Of a DNA stretch of 64,000 bases, positions 19,954 through 31,413 are shown in pieces. How positions within the stretch are numbered: position 1 is the first letter of the stretch; each line of letters starts with the position of its first letter. This stretch comes from Nitrospirales bacterium (lineage in GTDB: Bacteria; Nitrospirota; Nitrospiria; Nitrospirales; UBA8639), in assembly GCA_020027205.1 (NCBI GenBank), contig JAHRAQ010000014.1, forward strand, positions 8,548-72,547. Direction: 5' to 3'. The notes beneath the pieces were generated by a model. That model made no database searches and had not been told where the DNA came from. It was given only the letters and a program-made list of their open reading frames with translations. A program made the translations under genes and the position numbers.

Positions 19954-19994
19954 CCGTCATTCCCGACGTCCTCATTCGGGAATCCATCCTTCCG
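19954..19994 (+). repeat. REP-like hairpin element, family 1 variant
   Basis: CCGTCATTCCCGAcgtcctcaTTCGGGAATCCATCCTTCCG (same loop variant as 13340-13380). Confidence 0.85.
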
Positions 19995-20173
19995 TTCCCC
20001 ATCCCCCCGTCATCATCGCCCAACTTGCCCAACCGCGCCCCGACCCGGCACAATCCGCGGACCATCACCACGCCATCGTCGAGATGCATCACCACGCCGT
20101 GCCGACCCGTCCATGCCCCGGTGGCCGGTGAGACACCGACGCATGGCAGAACCATCGACCGCGAGCGCCATTC

Positions 20174-20866
20174 ATGCCGGGCACGTTGTACATCGTCGGC
20201 ACCCCCATCGGAAACCTGGAAGATTTCACCTTTCGGGCGCACCGGATTTTGCGCCACGTGGCGGTGATCGCGGCGGAGGACACCCGCCACACCCAAACCC
20301 TGTGCCGTCATTACGATATCCGAACGCCGATGACGAGTTATCATGATTTTAATAAAGAAGAAAAAACCCCGGTCCTGCTGGACCGGCTCCGGCAGGGACA
20401 GTCCATCGCGCTGGTCTCCGACGCCGGCACCCCGCTCATCTCGGACCCCGGCTATTATCTGGCGACCCGGGCCATCGCGCTCGACATCCCCCTGGTGCCC
20501 GTACCCGGCCCGTCCTCGGTGATTGCCGCGCTGTCCGTGGCCGGATTGCCCACCGACACCTTCACCTTTGTCGGATTTCTCCCCAGAAAATCGGCGGCCC
20601 GCCTCCGGCTCCTGCACAACCTGCGGGAAGACTCCAACACCCTTGTGGCGTTTGAAACCCCGCATCGCCTCAAGGCCACGCTGCTCGCCCTCCGGGACCA
20701 GTTCCCGGACCGGCGCATCGTCATCGCCCGCGAACTCACGAAGACCCACGAAGAAATGCTTCGAGGCACCGCCGAGACCCTGCTCTCACGCCGCGCGCTC
20801 AAGGGCGAAATGACGCTCATTGTCGAGGGAAAACCCAAACGAAAAAAACCGGCCGGAAAGGCGTGA
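20174..20866 (+). CDS. rsmI: 16S rRNA (cytidine1402-2'-O)-methyltransferase
   Basis: GTLYIVGTPIGNLEDFTFRAHRILRHVAVIAAEDTRHT, TP-methylase fold. Confidence 0.9.
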   Translation: MPGTLYIVGTPIGNLEDFTFRAHRILRHVAVIAAEDTRHTQTLCRHYDIRTPMTSYHDFNKEEKTPVLLDRLRQGQSIALVSDAGTPLISDPGYYLATRAIALDIPLVPVPGPSSVIAALSVAGLPTDTFTFVGFLPRKSAARLRLLHNLREDSNTLVAFETPHRLKATLLALRDQFPDRRIVIARELTKTHEEMLRGTAETLLSRRALKGEMTLIVEGKPKRKKPAGKA

Positions 20867-20876
20867 CCCCGGCCCG

Positions 20877-21131
20877 TTACGCGTCGCCTTTTCGAATGAC
20901 CACGCGATAATGCCGGTCCACCAGTTCACGGCTAAGAATGGTGTGGCCTTCGTTTTCGACGCTCTGCGGGACGTTTCGAACAGGCTCGCCGTCATCAAGA
21001 AGCACCGCCAGCACGTCCCCCGCCCCCATCGTATCCAGCCGCAACTTGGTTTTGACAAAATTATACGGACAGATGACCCCACGAAGGTCCAACACCGCAC
21101 GGGGTTCAACCGTCTGACCTGTGGTCTCCAT
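20877..21131 (-). CDS. TusA/SirA-family sulfur-carrier-like protein
   Basis: 84 aa, LDLRGVICPYNFVKTKLRL...GDVLAVLLDD matches the D-x-RG-x-x-CP motif. Confidence 0.75.
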   Translation of the reverse strand: METTGQTVEPRAVLDLRGVICPYNFVKTKLRLDTMGAGDVLAVLLDDGEPVRNVPQSVENEGHTILSRELVDRHYRVVIRKGDA

Positions 21132-21203
21132 GCCTCACCCGTCTTCCTCACCCGTCTTCACGCCACGAAGGAACGCACAACGCGAACAAGGCCCCAAATG
21201 ACA

Positions 21204-21238
21204 ACGGAGCGTGCCGACTTTCCGTCAACACGCTCCGT
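21204..21238 (-). other. Perfect 10-bp inverted repeat (ACGGAGCGTG ... CACGCTCCGT, 15-nt loop), possible terminator/attenuator
   Basis: Lies between the stop of the 21291-22046 gene and the tusA-like start; no clear U-tract. Confidence 0.35.
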
Positions 21239-21290
21239 CTGTAACGTACACGGCCTTCCGCAAAAGCCATGCTGTCGGGATGCGGCAATG

Positions 21291-22046
21291 TTACTGCACG
21301 GTCCCCTTGTCGATCGTATCCCGACCGGAACCGTAATCCGTCGCAATGGTCTTGCTGGTGCGTTTGTTCACGGTATCCGGTTGCGGCGCGCATTGCCAGC
21401 ACGGAGCCGCCCCCGTGATGACACCCAAACTGGAGGTAATGCCCCCCTTTACCTCGCCCTCCTGAATGCCGCCCTCGGGCACGCCGGTGTATCCGGCCGT
21501 CGGCGTCGCAATCCCCCGGTAGTTGGTGGGATCGGGCCGTTGACCCAGCCCGCCGCCGAAATTAGGGTTGTCCTCACCGCCCAGCAACTGACTGCCCTCC
21601 AGCACGTACACCGAGCGCACCATTTTCCGACCGGTACTGAACTTATGGGCACTGTCGGTTTCCTGCACCGCCGACACGGCGACATAGTCGCCCCGGCCCA
21701 CCGCCTTCAGGTTTTCCATGTTGGTATCGCCGTCAAAATAGAGCGTTTGCAGGTTCAGCCCGCCTCTCAACGTCTGCCGCTCATCGAGTGAACTGCCCCC
21801 CATGTCGAGGAAGAGTTTCCCGCCGGCATAGTCAATCGCCACGACCTCTCCCTGCACGGTTTCCGGCGCCGAGAGATACCGCAACATGTCGCCTTCGTCC
21901 ATGACGCGCGCCCTCGTGCCCGACCCCTGTGATTCGCCGACGCCCGTTCCAAACCCGGAATGCTGCGGCGCGCGTTCCTGCGCCACGGCCAGACTCACCG
22001 AGCCTGCAAGAATCATCGCTGCTCCAATGTACCCTAACTTCCGCAT
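21291..22046 (-). CDS. Hypothetical exported protein
   Basis: Signal peptide MRKLGYIGAAMILAGSVSLAVAQE; GAAGGAGG RBS; own consensus-like promoter upstream; no family recognised. Confidence 0.6.
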   Translation of the reverse strand: MRKLGYIGAAMILAGSVSLAVAQERAPQHSGFGTGVGESQGSGTRARVMDEGDMLRYLSAPETVQGEVVAIDYAGGKLFLDMGGSSLDERQTLRGGLNLQTLYFDGDTNMENLKAVGRGDYVAVSAVQETDSAHKFSTGRKMVRSVYVLEGSQLLGGEDNPNFGGGLGQRPDPTNYRGIATPTAGYTGVPEGGIQEGEVKGGITSSLGVITGAAPCWQCAPQPDTVNKRTSKTIATDYGSGRDTIDKGTVQ

Positions 22047-22136
22047 GGGCCCCTCCTTCGGGAAGTGTTAGTGAATAATCGCGGATAAAGAATCATGCCT
22101 CTGACGGCACTGTTCATAGTCCCAGAGATGCGCCCG

Positions 22137-22165
22137 ACTATAGTAATCTCTTCGCACGATGTCAA
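22137..22165 (-). promoter_or_regulatory. Sigma70-type promoter TTGACA-N17-TATAGT
   Basis: -35 at 22165-22160, -10 at 22142-22137 on the - strand, ~90 nt upstream of ATG 22046. Confidence 0.55.
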
Positions 22166-22309
22166 GGGGTTTTCTGCCTGTCGGATTCAAGACGAGAAAG
22201 CCCCCCGTAAAGTCCCGTCGCCCCCTTCCGGCGTCCCGATAAACACTTGGCCCCCGTCCGCCGAAAATCTCACGTCGTCCAGCCTAACTCATTGAAAATG
22301 AAAGTGGAA

Positions 22310-22396
22310 TGGTGCCCGGACCGAGGGTCGAACTCGGACTCTTTTGCAAGAACCAGATTTTGAGTCTGGCGCGTCTGCCAGTTCCGCCATCCGGGC
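22310..22396 (-). tRNA. tRNA-Leu (anticodon CAA), CCA encoded
   Basis: GCCCGGA acceptor stem pairs with TCCGGGC-A-CCA; anticodon stem-loop CCAGA-CTCAAAA-TCTGG; long variable arm; GGTTCGA(C)-type T-loop GAGTTCGACCCTC. Confidence 0.9.
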
Positions 22397-22439
22397 CGCC
22401 CAGTCAAACTACGATTTGTAGCATGATTCCCGGTCACCG

Positions 22440-23189
22440 TCAACGCGGGCGCCGCCCCGTCGCCGCCTTCATGGCCTGGGGAGACGCCGGCACGGTCAGC
22501 CACCCTTCGTCCGCAAAGGACACATGCCGTCCGTCCCCGATGATGACATGGTCCAGCACCTGGATGCCAAGAATCTCGCCGGCGGCCTGCAGCCGCGCCG
22601 TCAACGCCCGGTCTTCCCGGCTCGGCGTCGGGTCCCCGCTGGGATGATTATGCACAAAAATCACCGCCGCCGCCGAGGCGCGCACGGCGCCGTTGAACAC
22701 TTCTCGGGGATGGACCAGACTGCTGGTCAGCGTCCCCTGGGACACGGTGTCCCAACGAATCATGGCGTGTTTCGCGTCGAGCAGGATGACGCGGCATTCC
22801 TCCTTCTTCATGTCCCGCATCTCCGGCGCAAAATGCTCATAGACCATGCGGCTGGTCGTAATCGCCCGCTTCGGCTCCAACGGGACCTTCAACGCGCGCT
22901 TCCCCAGTTCGATGGCCGCCTTGATCTGGGCCGCTTTGGCCGGGCCGATGCCGGGAATGACGCAGAGTTCCTGCACGCTGCGATTGGCCAACTCCTGCAC
23001 GCCGTTCACCTGTTCCAGCACTTCCCGGCCGACGTCCACGGCCGACTTTGACTGCCGCCCCACCCGCAGCACAATCGCCAGCAGGTGCGCGTCCGACAGC
23101 ACGTCCGCGCCTTCCGCCAGCAACCGTTCGCGCGGACGCTCCCCTTCCGGCCACCGCGCAATCGACTGTGGAGACGAGTGTTGAGACAT
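22440..23189 (-). CDS. radC: RadC-family (JAB/MPN domain) protein
   Basis: ERPRERLLAEGADVLSDAHLLAIVLRVG...HNHPSGDPTPSREDRALT; start at MSQHSS (23189). Confidence 0.85.
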   Translation of the reverse strand: MSQHSSPQSIARWPEGERPRERLLAEGADVLSDAHLLAIVLRVGRQSKSAVDVGREVLEQVNGVQELANRSVQELCVIPGIGPAKAAQIKAAIELGKRALKVPLEPKRAITTSRMVYEHFAPEMRDMKKEECRVILLDAKHAMIRWDTVSQGTLTSSLVHPREVFNGAVRASAAAVIFVHNHPSGDPTPSREDRALTARLQAAGEILGIQVLDHVIIGDGRHVSFADEGWLTVPASPQAMKAATGRRPR

Positions 23190-23251
23190 CCGGGATTCTT
23201 GCCGCCGAAAAAGTCCGTATGTTACCGTTTCCCGTTTGCAGGGAGCAAGCG

Positions 23252-23830
23252 ATGCGCGTCGTTGCCGGCACACACAAAGGTCGCCGCCTCAAGGCCCCCG
23301 ACGGGGAGGATCTCCGTCCCACCGGCGCCCGCGTCCGCGAAGCCCTCTTCGCCATTCTGTCGCCACGTCTCCGAGACGCCGCCGTGCTCGATCTCTACGC
23401 CGGCACCGGGGCCTTGAGCCTTGAATCGTTGAGCCGAGGCGCCCGCCTTGCCGTCTGCGTCGAACATCACCCCGGCGCGTTGCGTCTGCTGCATGACAAC
23501 GTCGCACGCTGCGGATACGACACCCACTGCGTCGTCATCGCCAAAGACGTCGAAACATTTCTGGCGTCGCCGCCGTCAGACGGCGCGCCGGCGGTGTTTG
23601 ACATCATCCTCGCCGACCCGCCCTATCACACCGTGGACGCGGCGCAACTCCTTGAGCGGATCGACCAAAGCGGCACCCTCGCCGCCGACGGCCTCGTCGT
23701 GCTGGAACATTGGTGCAAACGCCCGCCGCCGCCGACCGCCGGCTCACTCACGCACATCCGGCAGGCGAGATACGGCGACACCCAACTCACCTTCTTTCAG
23801 CGCGCCCCCGCGCCCGCCACGGCCGTATGA
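23252..23830 (+). CDS. rsmD: 16S rRNA (guanine966-N2)-methyltransferase
   Basis: MRVVAGTHKGRRLKAP...RPTGARVREALF...LDLYAGTGALSLESLSRGA...ILADPPY; GGGAG RBS 6 nt upstream of ATG 23252. Confidence 0.85.
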   Translation: MRVVAGTHKGRRLKAPDGEDLRPTGARVREALFAILSPRLRDAAVLDLYAGTGALSLESLSRGARLAVCVEHHPGALRLLHDNVARCGYDTHCVVIAKDVETFLASPPSDGAPAVFDIILADPPYHTVDAAQLLERIDQSGTLAADGLVVLEHWCKRPPPPTAGSLTHIRQARYGDTQLTFFQRAPAPATAV

Positions 23831-24311
23831 CCCTCGCCGTCTACCCGGGCACCTTCGACCCCATCACCCGCGGTCACACCGACATCGTCCGCCGCAGCCT
23901 CGGTCTGTTTGATCGACTCATCCTCGCCGTCGCCCCCAACCCGCGCAAAGAACCGCTGCTGCCGCTGGCCGACCGCGTCGCCCTCGCCCAAACGGCCATG
24001 AAGGACTTCCCCACGGTCGCCGTGGAGCCGTTCGAAGAACTCCTCGTCGACTACGTCCGCCGGCGCGGCGCCCAGGCCATCGTCCGGGGTCTGCGCGCCG
24101 TCTCCGACTTCGAACATGAATTCCAAATGGCACTCCTGAACCGGAAAATTGACGACCGCCTGGAAACCGTCTTCCTCATGCCCAGCGAAGAGTACTCCTA
24201 CCTGACCTCCAGCCTCGTCAAAGAACTCGCCCTCTTCGACGGCGACCTCGACCCCTTCCTCATCCCCGAAGCCGCCGCCCGCCTTCGCCGCGCCTACCAC
24301 AGGGACCCGAC

Positions 24312-24315
<4 letters not shown>
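23827..24315 (+). CDS. coaD: Phosphopantetheine adenylyltransferase
   Basis: AVYPGTFDPITRGHTDIV...SDFEHEFQMALLNR...SSSLVKE; ATGA overlap with the rsmD stop. Confidence 0.95.
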
Positions 24316-25505
<1,190 letters not shown>

Positions 25506-25515
25506 CCGCCGCCCC

Positions 25516-25551
25516 CCGTCAGTCCCGACGTCTCTAATCAGGAATCCATCC
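25516..25551 (+). repeat. Degenerate REP-like element, family 1
   Basis: CCGTCAGTCCCGACgtctctaaTCAGGAATCCATCC ends 1 nt before the fmdB-like ATG. Confidence 0.6.
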
Positions 25552-25552
25552 C

Positions 25553-25963
25553 ATGCCCATCTACGAATACGAATGCCAAACCTGCCGGCACCGCTTCGAA
25601 CTCCAACAAAAGTTCACCGACCCGCCCATTGACACATGCCCTCAATGCGGCGCCGCCGTCCGCAAACTCATCTCCGCCCCCGGCCTCATGTTCAAAGGCA
25701 CCGGCTGGTACATCACCGACTACTCCGACAAACTCAAAGACCCCGCCGCCCAATCCGGCAAAGGCGACAGCAAGGGGGAGGCGAAGGGGGATGCCGGCAA
25801 AGGCGACTCTGCCAAAGGCGACTCTGCGAAAAGCGAATCCGGCGGCGGCGCCAACCCGCCGTCGTCCTCGTCGTCCTCGTCGTCCACCCCTGCCCCCGCT
25901 GGCTCAACATCCCCGACCCCATCATCAACCAAACCGCCCCCACGCAACCCCGCCGGTTCCTGA
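25553..25963 (+). CDS. FmdB-family zinc-ribbon protein with Lys/Gly/Asp/Ser-rich tail
   Basis: [16 protein letters not shown]...CPQCG (CxxC...CxxC), classic FmdB N-terminus. Confidence 0.8.
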   Translation: MPIYEYECQTCRHRFELQQKFTDPPIDTCPQCGAAVRKLISAPGLMFKGTGWYITDYSDKLKDPAAQSGKGDSKGEAKGDAGKGDSAKGDSAKSESGGGANPPSSSSSSSSTPAPAGSTSPTPSSTKPPPRNPAGS

Positions 25964-25994
25964 CGCCGGCCCTGCGCGCCACCGTCCCGCCTGA

Positions 25995-26064
25995 CCGTCA
26001 TTCCGCGCCGTCGACGCCATTGACCGCAGAACCATGCGCACGCGGAATCCATCCGAAAGATGTC
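25995..26064 (+). repeat. REP-like element, family 2 (~70 bp; CCGTCATTCCGCGC ... GCGCGGAATCCATCCGAAAGA)
   Basis: Arms ATTCCGCG / CGCGGAAT separated by ~40 nt; second copy at 58585-58654. Confidence 0.75.
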
Positions 26065-26083
26065 AAGGGCAGGACAAGGAAAA

Positions 26084-26123
26084 AGAAGGATGGATTCCCG
26101 ATTACTAATGTCGGGAATGACGG
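26084..26123 (-). repeat. REP-like hairpin element, family 1, reverse orientation
   Basis: AGAAGGATGGATTCCCGAttactaaTGTCGGGAATGACGG, followed by GAATGACGG / GGATGACGG half-sites to ~26155. Confidence 0.8.
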
Positions 26124-26347
26124 AAGGAGGAATGACGGATAGAGGGGATGACGGATGGAAAAACACGAATGGCTGCGTCCTTCCCACGCCGCCGCCGCCC
26201 GCACTTGACACCACCGCGTCCCGCGTCTAACCTTGCGCCTCTGTCGTGAAGTCGGCCACGAGGAACCGTTCCCGCGTCGCGCACGCGTTCCCTCGCCGCC
26301 TCGCCGATCCCGCAACCATGGATTCAATCAAGAAGGAGTGCCGTCTG

Positions 26348-26902
26348 ATGCAACCCGTGAGTCACCATGCCCGCCGCCGCGCCGGCCGGCCGTTCCTCGC
26401 CCTCATCGCGTCGATCATCCTCGCCGGCCTGACCGCCACCCCCCACGCCGCCGCGCAAGACTCGTTCCGCGTGGGCATCGTGGACCTGCAAGCCATCTTT
26501 CAACAATCCGCCTACGGCAAACGCAAACGCGCGGAGTTCGAAGAACATGAAGCCGCCCGCAAAAAAGTGCTGGGGTCGGACGAAGAAGAAGTGATGAAAC
26601 TCCAGGAAAAGTTTCTCGCGAGCCGGGAGTCAGGCGGCACCGACCTGGCCTCCGTGGAGGAACAACTGCAACGCAAATTCCGAAAGTATCAACAACGGGA
26701 ACAGACGTTCCGGCAGGAAATGTCGCAAAAACGGAGCGACATGATGACCGAGTACGTCGAGCAACTGCAGGTCGCCGCCAAGACCATCGCCGAACGGGAG
26801 AACCTGGCGTTGATTGTCGACCTGAACGTGGCGCTCTACGTCGCCGAGAAGTTGAACGTGACCGAGGACGTCCTCAAGGAGTTTGAAACACTCCATCCCT
26901 GA
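26348..26902 (+). CDS. OmpH/Skp-family periplasmic chaperone
   Basis: Signal peptide then VGIVDLQAIFQQSAYGKRKRAEFE and charged coiled-coil body; AAGGAG 10 nt upstream of ATG 26348. Confidence 0.7.
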   Translation: MQPVSHHARRRAGRPFLALIASIILAGLTATPHAAAQDSFRVGIVDLQAIFQQSAYGKRKRAEFEEHEAARKKVLGSDEEEVMKLQEKFLASRESGGTDLASVEEQLQRKFRKYQQREQTFRQEMSQKRSDMMTEYVEQLQVAAKTIAERENLALIVDLNVALYVAEKLNVTEDVLKEFETLHP

Positions 26903-26991
26903 CGCGACACCCGCCGCACACCCCCGCCATCCCCCACTCCGTCATTCCGCGCCCCCGCCGTTTGGCATCGACGGCCCGCACCTCACACGCA

Positions 26992-27067
26992 TGGCGCGCC
27001 CGGCAGGGGTCGAACCTGCGACCCTCGGCTTAGAAGGCCGATGCTCTATCCACTGAGCTACGGGCGC
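26992..27067 (-). tRNA. tRNA-Arg (anticodon TCT), CCA encoded
   Basis: GCGCCCGTAGCTCAGTGGATAGAGC...TCGGC-CTTCTAA-GCCGA...GGTTCGACCCCTGCCGGGCGCGCCA. Confidence 0.9.
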
Positions 27068-27155
27068 ACAGTCGTCAGAAGGAGGCAGGCGCGGCCCCGA
27101 AGGCGCGGCGCCGTGGAACGCCGGCCCCACGCATCGGGCCGAGACGTCAACCGGA

Positions 27156-27210
<55 letters not shown>

Positions 27211-27233
<23 letters not shown>

Positions 27234-27846
27234 ACAGATTCATGCGCGCATGATACCGTTGCAACCATGCTCTGGCTCTGCCCAACGCCCGTCCACGATG
27301 ACTGATCGCATTCTTCCGGTCAAGCGACAACTCGGCCAGCGTGCGGCCCAGCGACGGCACCACAAACACCGGGTCATACCCAAACCCGCCGCCCCCTGCG
27401 CACGCCTCCGCAATCCGTCCGTGCAGCACGCCTTCCATGAACTCAACGACCCCGTCGCGGGGATCCGCAATAGCCACCACCGTCACAAACCTGGCGCCGC
27501 GGCGGGCCGCCGGCACACCCTTCAACTCCTCCAGCAACTTTCGGCAGTTGTCGGCATACGTCGCGCCGTCGCCGGCATACCGCGCCGCCCACGCGCCCGG
27601 ACGTCCGCCCAGCGCCTCGACTTCCAACCCCGTGTCATCGGCCAGCGTCAACAGCCCCGTCCACCGCGCCATCTCGACGGCCTTCTTGCCGGCGTTCGCG
27701 CGGCACGTCTCGCCGTCCTCCACCACCGCCGGCGCCGAGGGAAACTCATCCAGCGTCCGAATGGTCACGGCGAGGTCGCGCAACACCGCCTTCATCTCCC
27801 GCACCTTGTTCCGATTGCCCGTCGCCAGCACCAACTCCATGACCAC
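27211..27846 (-). CDS. rdgB: Non-canonical purine NTP pyrophosphatase (RdgB/HAM1 family)
   Basis: LVLATGNRNKVREM...DDTGLEVEALGGRPG...GFGYDPVF...SHRGRAL; start is GTG 27846 or ATG 27840; last ~7 codons overlap the 5' end of tRNA-Pro. Confidence 0.85.
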
Positions 27847-28589
27847 TAACCGAGATGACCGACGTGCTCCCGTTGAATCTCAATGAGACGCCGCACCCCC
27901 TCCCATCCCAACGCCACAAACCGATCCAGATCGTCCTTCCCGAACGACCCTCGTTCCGCCGTCCCCTGAATTTCCACCAGACGCCCCTGGCCGGTCATGA
28001 CGAGATTCATATCCACCTCCGCCGCGGAATCTTCTTCGTAACACAAATCCACCAGGCACGCCCCTCCGACTCTGCCCACGCTGATGGCGGCCAGATAATC
28101 GGTCAGCGGAAACTTCTTCAACCCCTTCTGCTTTCGCAACTTGACCAGCGCATCCGCCAGCGCGATAAACGCCCCGGTGATCGACGCCGTCCGCGTCCCC
28201 CCGTCCGCCTGAATCACATCGCAGTCAATCCAGATTGTCCGCTCGCCCATCGCGGACACATCCGTCACCGCCCGCAGCGCCCGCCCCACCAGCCGTTGAA
28301 TCTCCAGCGTCCGACCGCTCTGTTTCCCCCTCGTGGCTTCGCGCGGCGTCCGATCGTGCGTCGCCCGCGGCAGCATGGCATACTCCGCCGTCACCCAGCC
28401 CTGCCCCTTGTCCCGCAAAAACGGCGGCACCTTGTCTTCTATCGACGCCGTGCAAATCACTTTCGTGTCGCCCATCTCCATCAACACCGAGCCGTCCGCG
28501 TGTTTGACAAACGGACGGGTGATCTTCACGGGACGAATGTCTTCAGGCCGACGGCCGTCGGGCCGCCGCGCTGACGCCATCTCGTTCAT
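27846..28589 (-). CDS. rph: Ribonuclease PH
   Basis: [18 protein letters not shown]...[17 protein letters not shown]...[17 protein letters not shown]...[15 protein letters not shown]; start at MNEMAS (28589). Confidence 0.95.
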   Translation of the reverse strand: MNEMASARRPDGRRPEDIRPVKITRPFVKHADGSVLMEMGDTKVICTASIEDKVPPFLRDKGQGWVTAEYAMLPRATHDRTPREATRGKQSGRTLEIQRLVGRALRAVTDVSAMGERTIWIDCDVIQADGGTRTASITGAFIALADALVKLRKQKGLKKFPLTDYLAAISVGRVGGACLVDLCYEEDSAAEVDMNLVMTGQGRLVEIQGTAERGSFGKDDLDRFVALGWEGVRRLIEIQREHVGHLG

Positions 28590-28619
28590 CGGCACTCGTA
28601 CCTCACAACAAAGTGGTGA

Positions 28620-30296
<1,677 letters not shown>

Positions 30297-30367
30297 ACGC
30301 CACCCCGACGAGCCGGGTCGACGCCGCCGACTTCGTCCCGTCATCGCACCGCAAGGAGCCACCACGC

Positions 30368-30616
30368 ATGAATATGAAACACCTGACCGGCATCGGCGCC
30401 CGCGCCGTCGTCGCGTGCGCCCTGATGGCCGGATGCGCGTGCACGCCCGTGCGCACCTCATGGTCAAAACCCGGCGCCCCGCCCGGCGAATTTGAACGAG
30501 TCAGCGCCCTGTGCGAGCAGGACCGCGGCATCACCGGGCTGAAAGGCGACGCCGGCTACGACGTTTGCATGCAGCAGCACGGGTGGTTTTTAATTCAGGA
30601 GCCGGCGCAAGAATAA
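30368..30616 (+). CDS. Small putative lipoprotein
   Basis: 82 aa, lipobox ALMAGC, AAGGAG ~10 nt upstream of ATG 30368. Confidence 0.5.
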   Translation: MNMKHLTGIGARAVVACALMAGCACTPVRTSWSKPGAPPGEFERVSALCEQDRGITGLKGDAGYDVCMQQHGWFLIQEPAQE

Positions 30617-30639
30617 CGAACACGGCTCGCCGTAGAACA

Positions 30640-30727
30640 GGAGGGGTGCTGGAGTGGTCGAACAGGCCGGTCTTGAAAACCGGAGTCCCTCACGGGACCG
30701 TGGGTTCAAATCCCACCCCCTCCGCCA
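30640..30727 (+). tRNA. tRNA-Ser (anticodon TGA), CCA encoded
   Basis: GGAGGGG acceptor; CCGGT-CTTGAAA-ACCGG anticodon stem-loop; long variable arm; GGTTCAAATCC T-loop; CCCCTCCGCCA 3' end. Confidence 0.9.
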
Positions 30728-30757
30728 CGGCGCCTGCCTCGGCTGTCGGCGGCGGCG

Positions 30758-31381
30758 TCATCTCGCCGGCGACACGGTGATCGCAACTTGATCGTTCACC
30801 GTCTTGCACGTATGCACACAGACCCCGCATCCCACGCAACGGGCGCCGTCAACGGCAATGGTCATTGACGAAAAATCCATGCCGATTGCGCCGGTGGGAC
30901 ATTGGGCCACGCAGGCGTTACAGCCCTGGCCCGCCGTGCATAGCCGCTGCGACACCACGGCCAGCCCCATGGCCACGCCGGCGACCGTCCCCACCGGACG
31001 CAGCGCTTCCGGTTCGCAGGCCGCAACGCAGGGAAAATCCGCGCAGAGATAACACGGGGTTTCGTCAGGATAGATGACGGGGGTCTGCCGCTCCGCCGGG
31101 ATTCGAATACTCCCGTGCGGGCAGGCCGTGACACAATCGCCGCAGCCCGTGCAGGTGTCAAGGAAACGATCTTCCGTCAACGCGCCGGGAGGCCGCAGCC
31201 AGTCGGTTCGGACGGGCGACGGGGTCTCGTCCTTCGCCTTTTCCGCGTCCCGCTGCCTGACGTACTCCTGCATCGTGACGCCGAGGGACACCACGCTCTG
31301 TTTCAGAAAGTTTCTGCGTCCGAAGACGGGATCGGAGTCTTTGGGATGGTCTTTGGGATGGTCTTTGGAGGACTGCGCCAT
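30758..31381 (-). CDS. Ferredoxin-type protein with four [4Fe-4S]-type Cys motifs and a Tat-like signal (NapF/NapG-like)
   Basis: RRNFLKQS twin-arginine; CTGCGDCVTACP, CYLCADFPCVAACEP, CTAGQGCNACVAQCP, CVGCGVCVHTC; N-terminal HPKDHPKD from a 12-bp tandem repeat (31337-31369). Confidence 0.75.
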   Translation of the reverse strand: MAQSSKDHPKDHPKDSDPVFGRRNFLKQSVVSLGVTMQEYVRQRDAEKAKDETPSPVRTDWLRPPGALTEDRFLDTCTGCGDCVTACPHGSIRIPAERQTPVIYPDETPCYLCADFPCVAACEPEALRPVGTVAGVAMGLAVVSQRLCTAGQGCNACVAQCPTGAIGMDFSSMTIAVDGARCVGCGVCVHTCKTVNDQVAITVSPAR

Positions 31382-31413
31382 GCACGTCGCCCTGGCCTGT
31401 ATCGGCAATGAAT

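Noticed and set aside
22095-22295. 66-aa + strand ORF between the exported-protein promoter and tRNA-Leu
   Set aside because: Overlaps the TTGACA-17-TATAGT promoter on the opposite strand; no RBS and no recognisable features.
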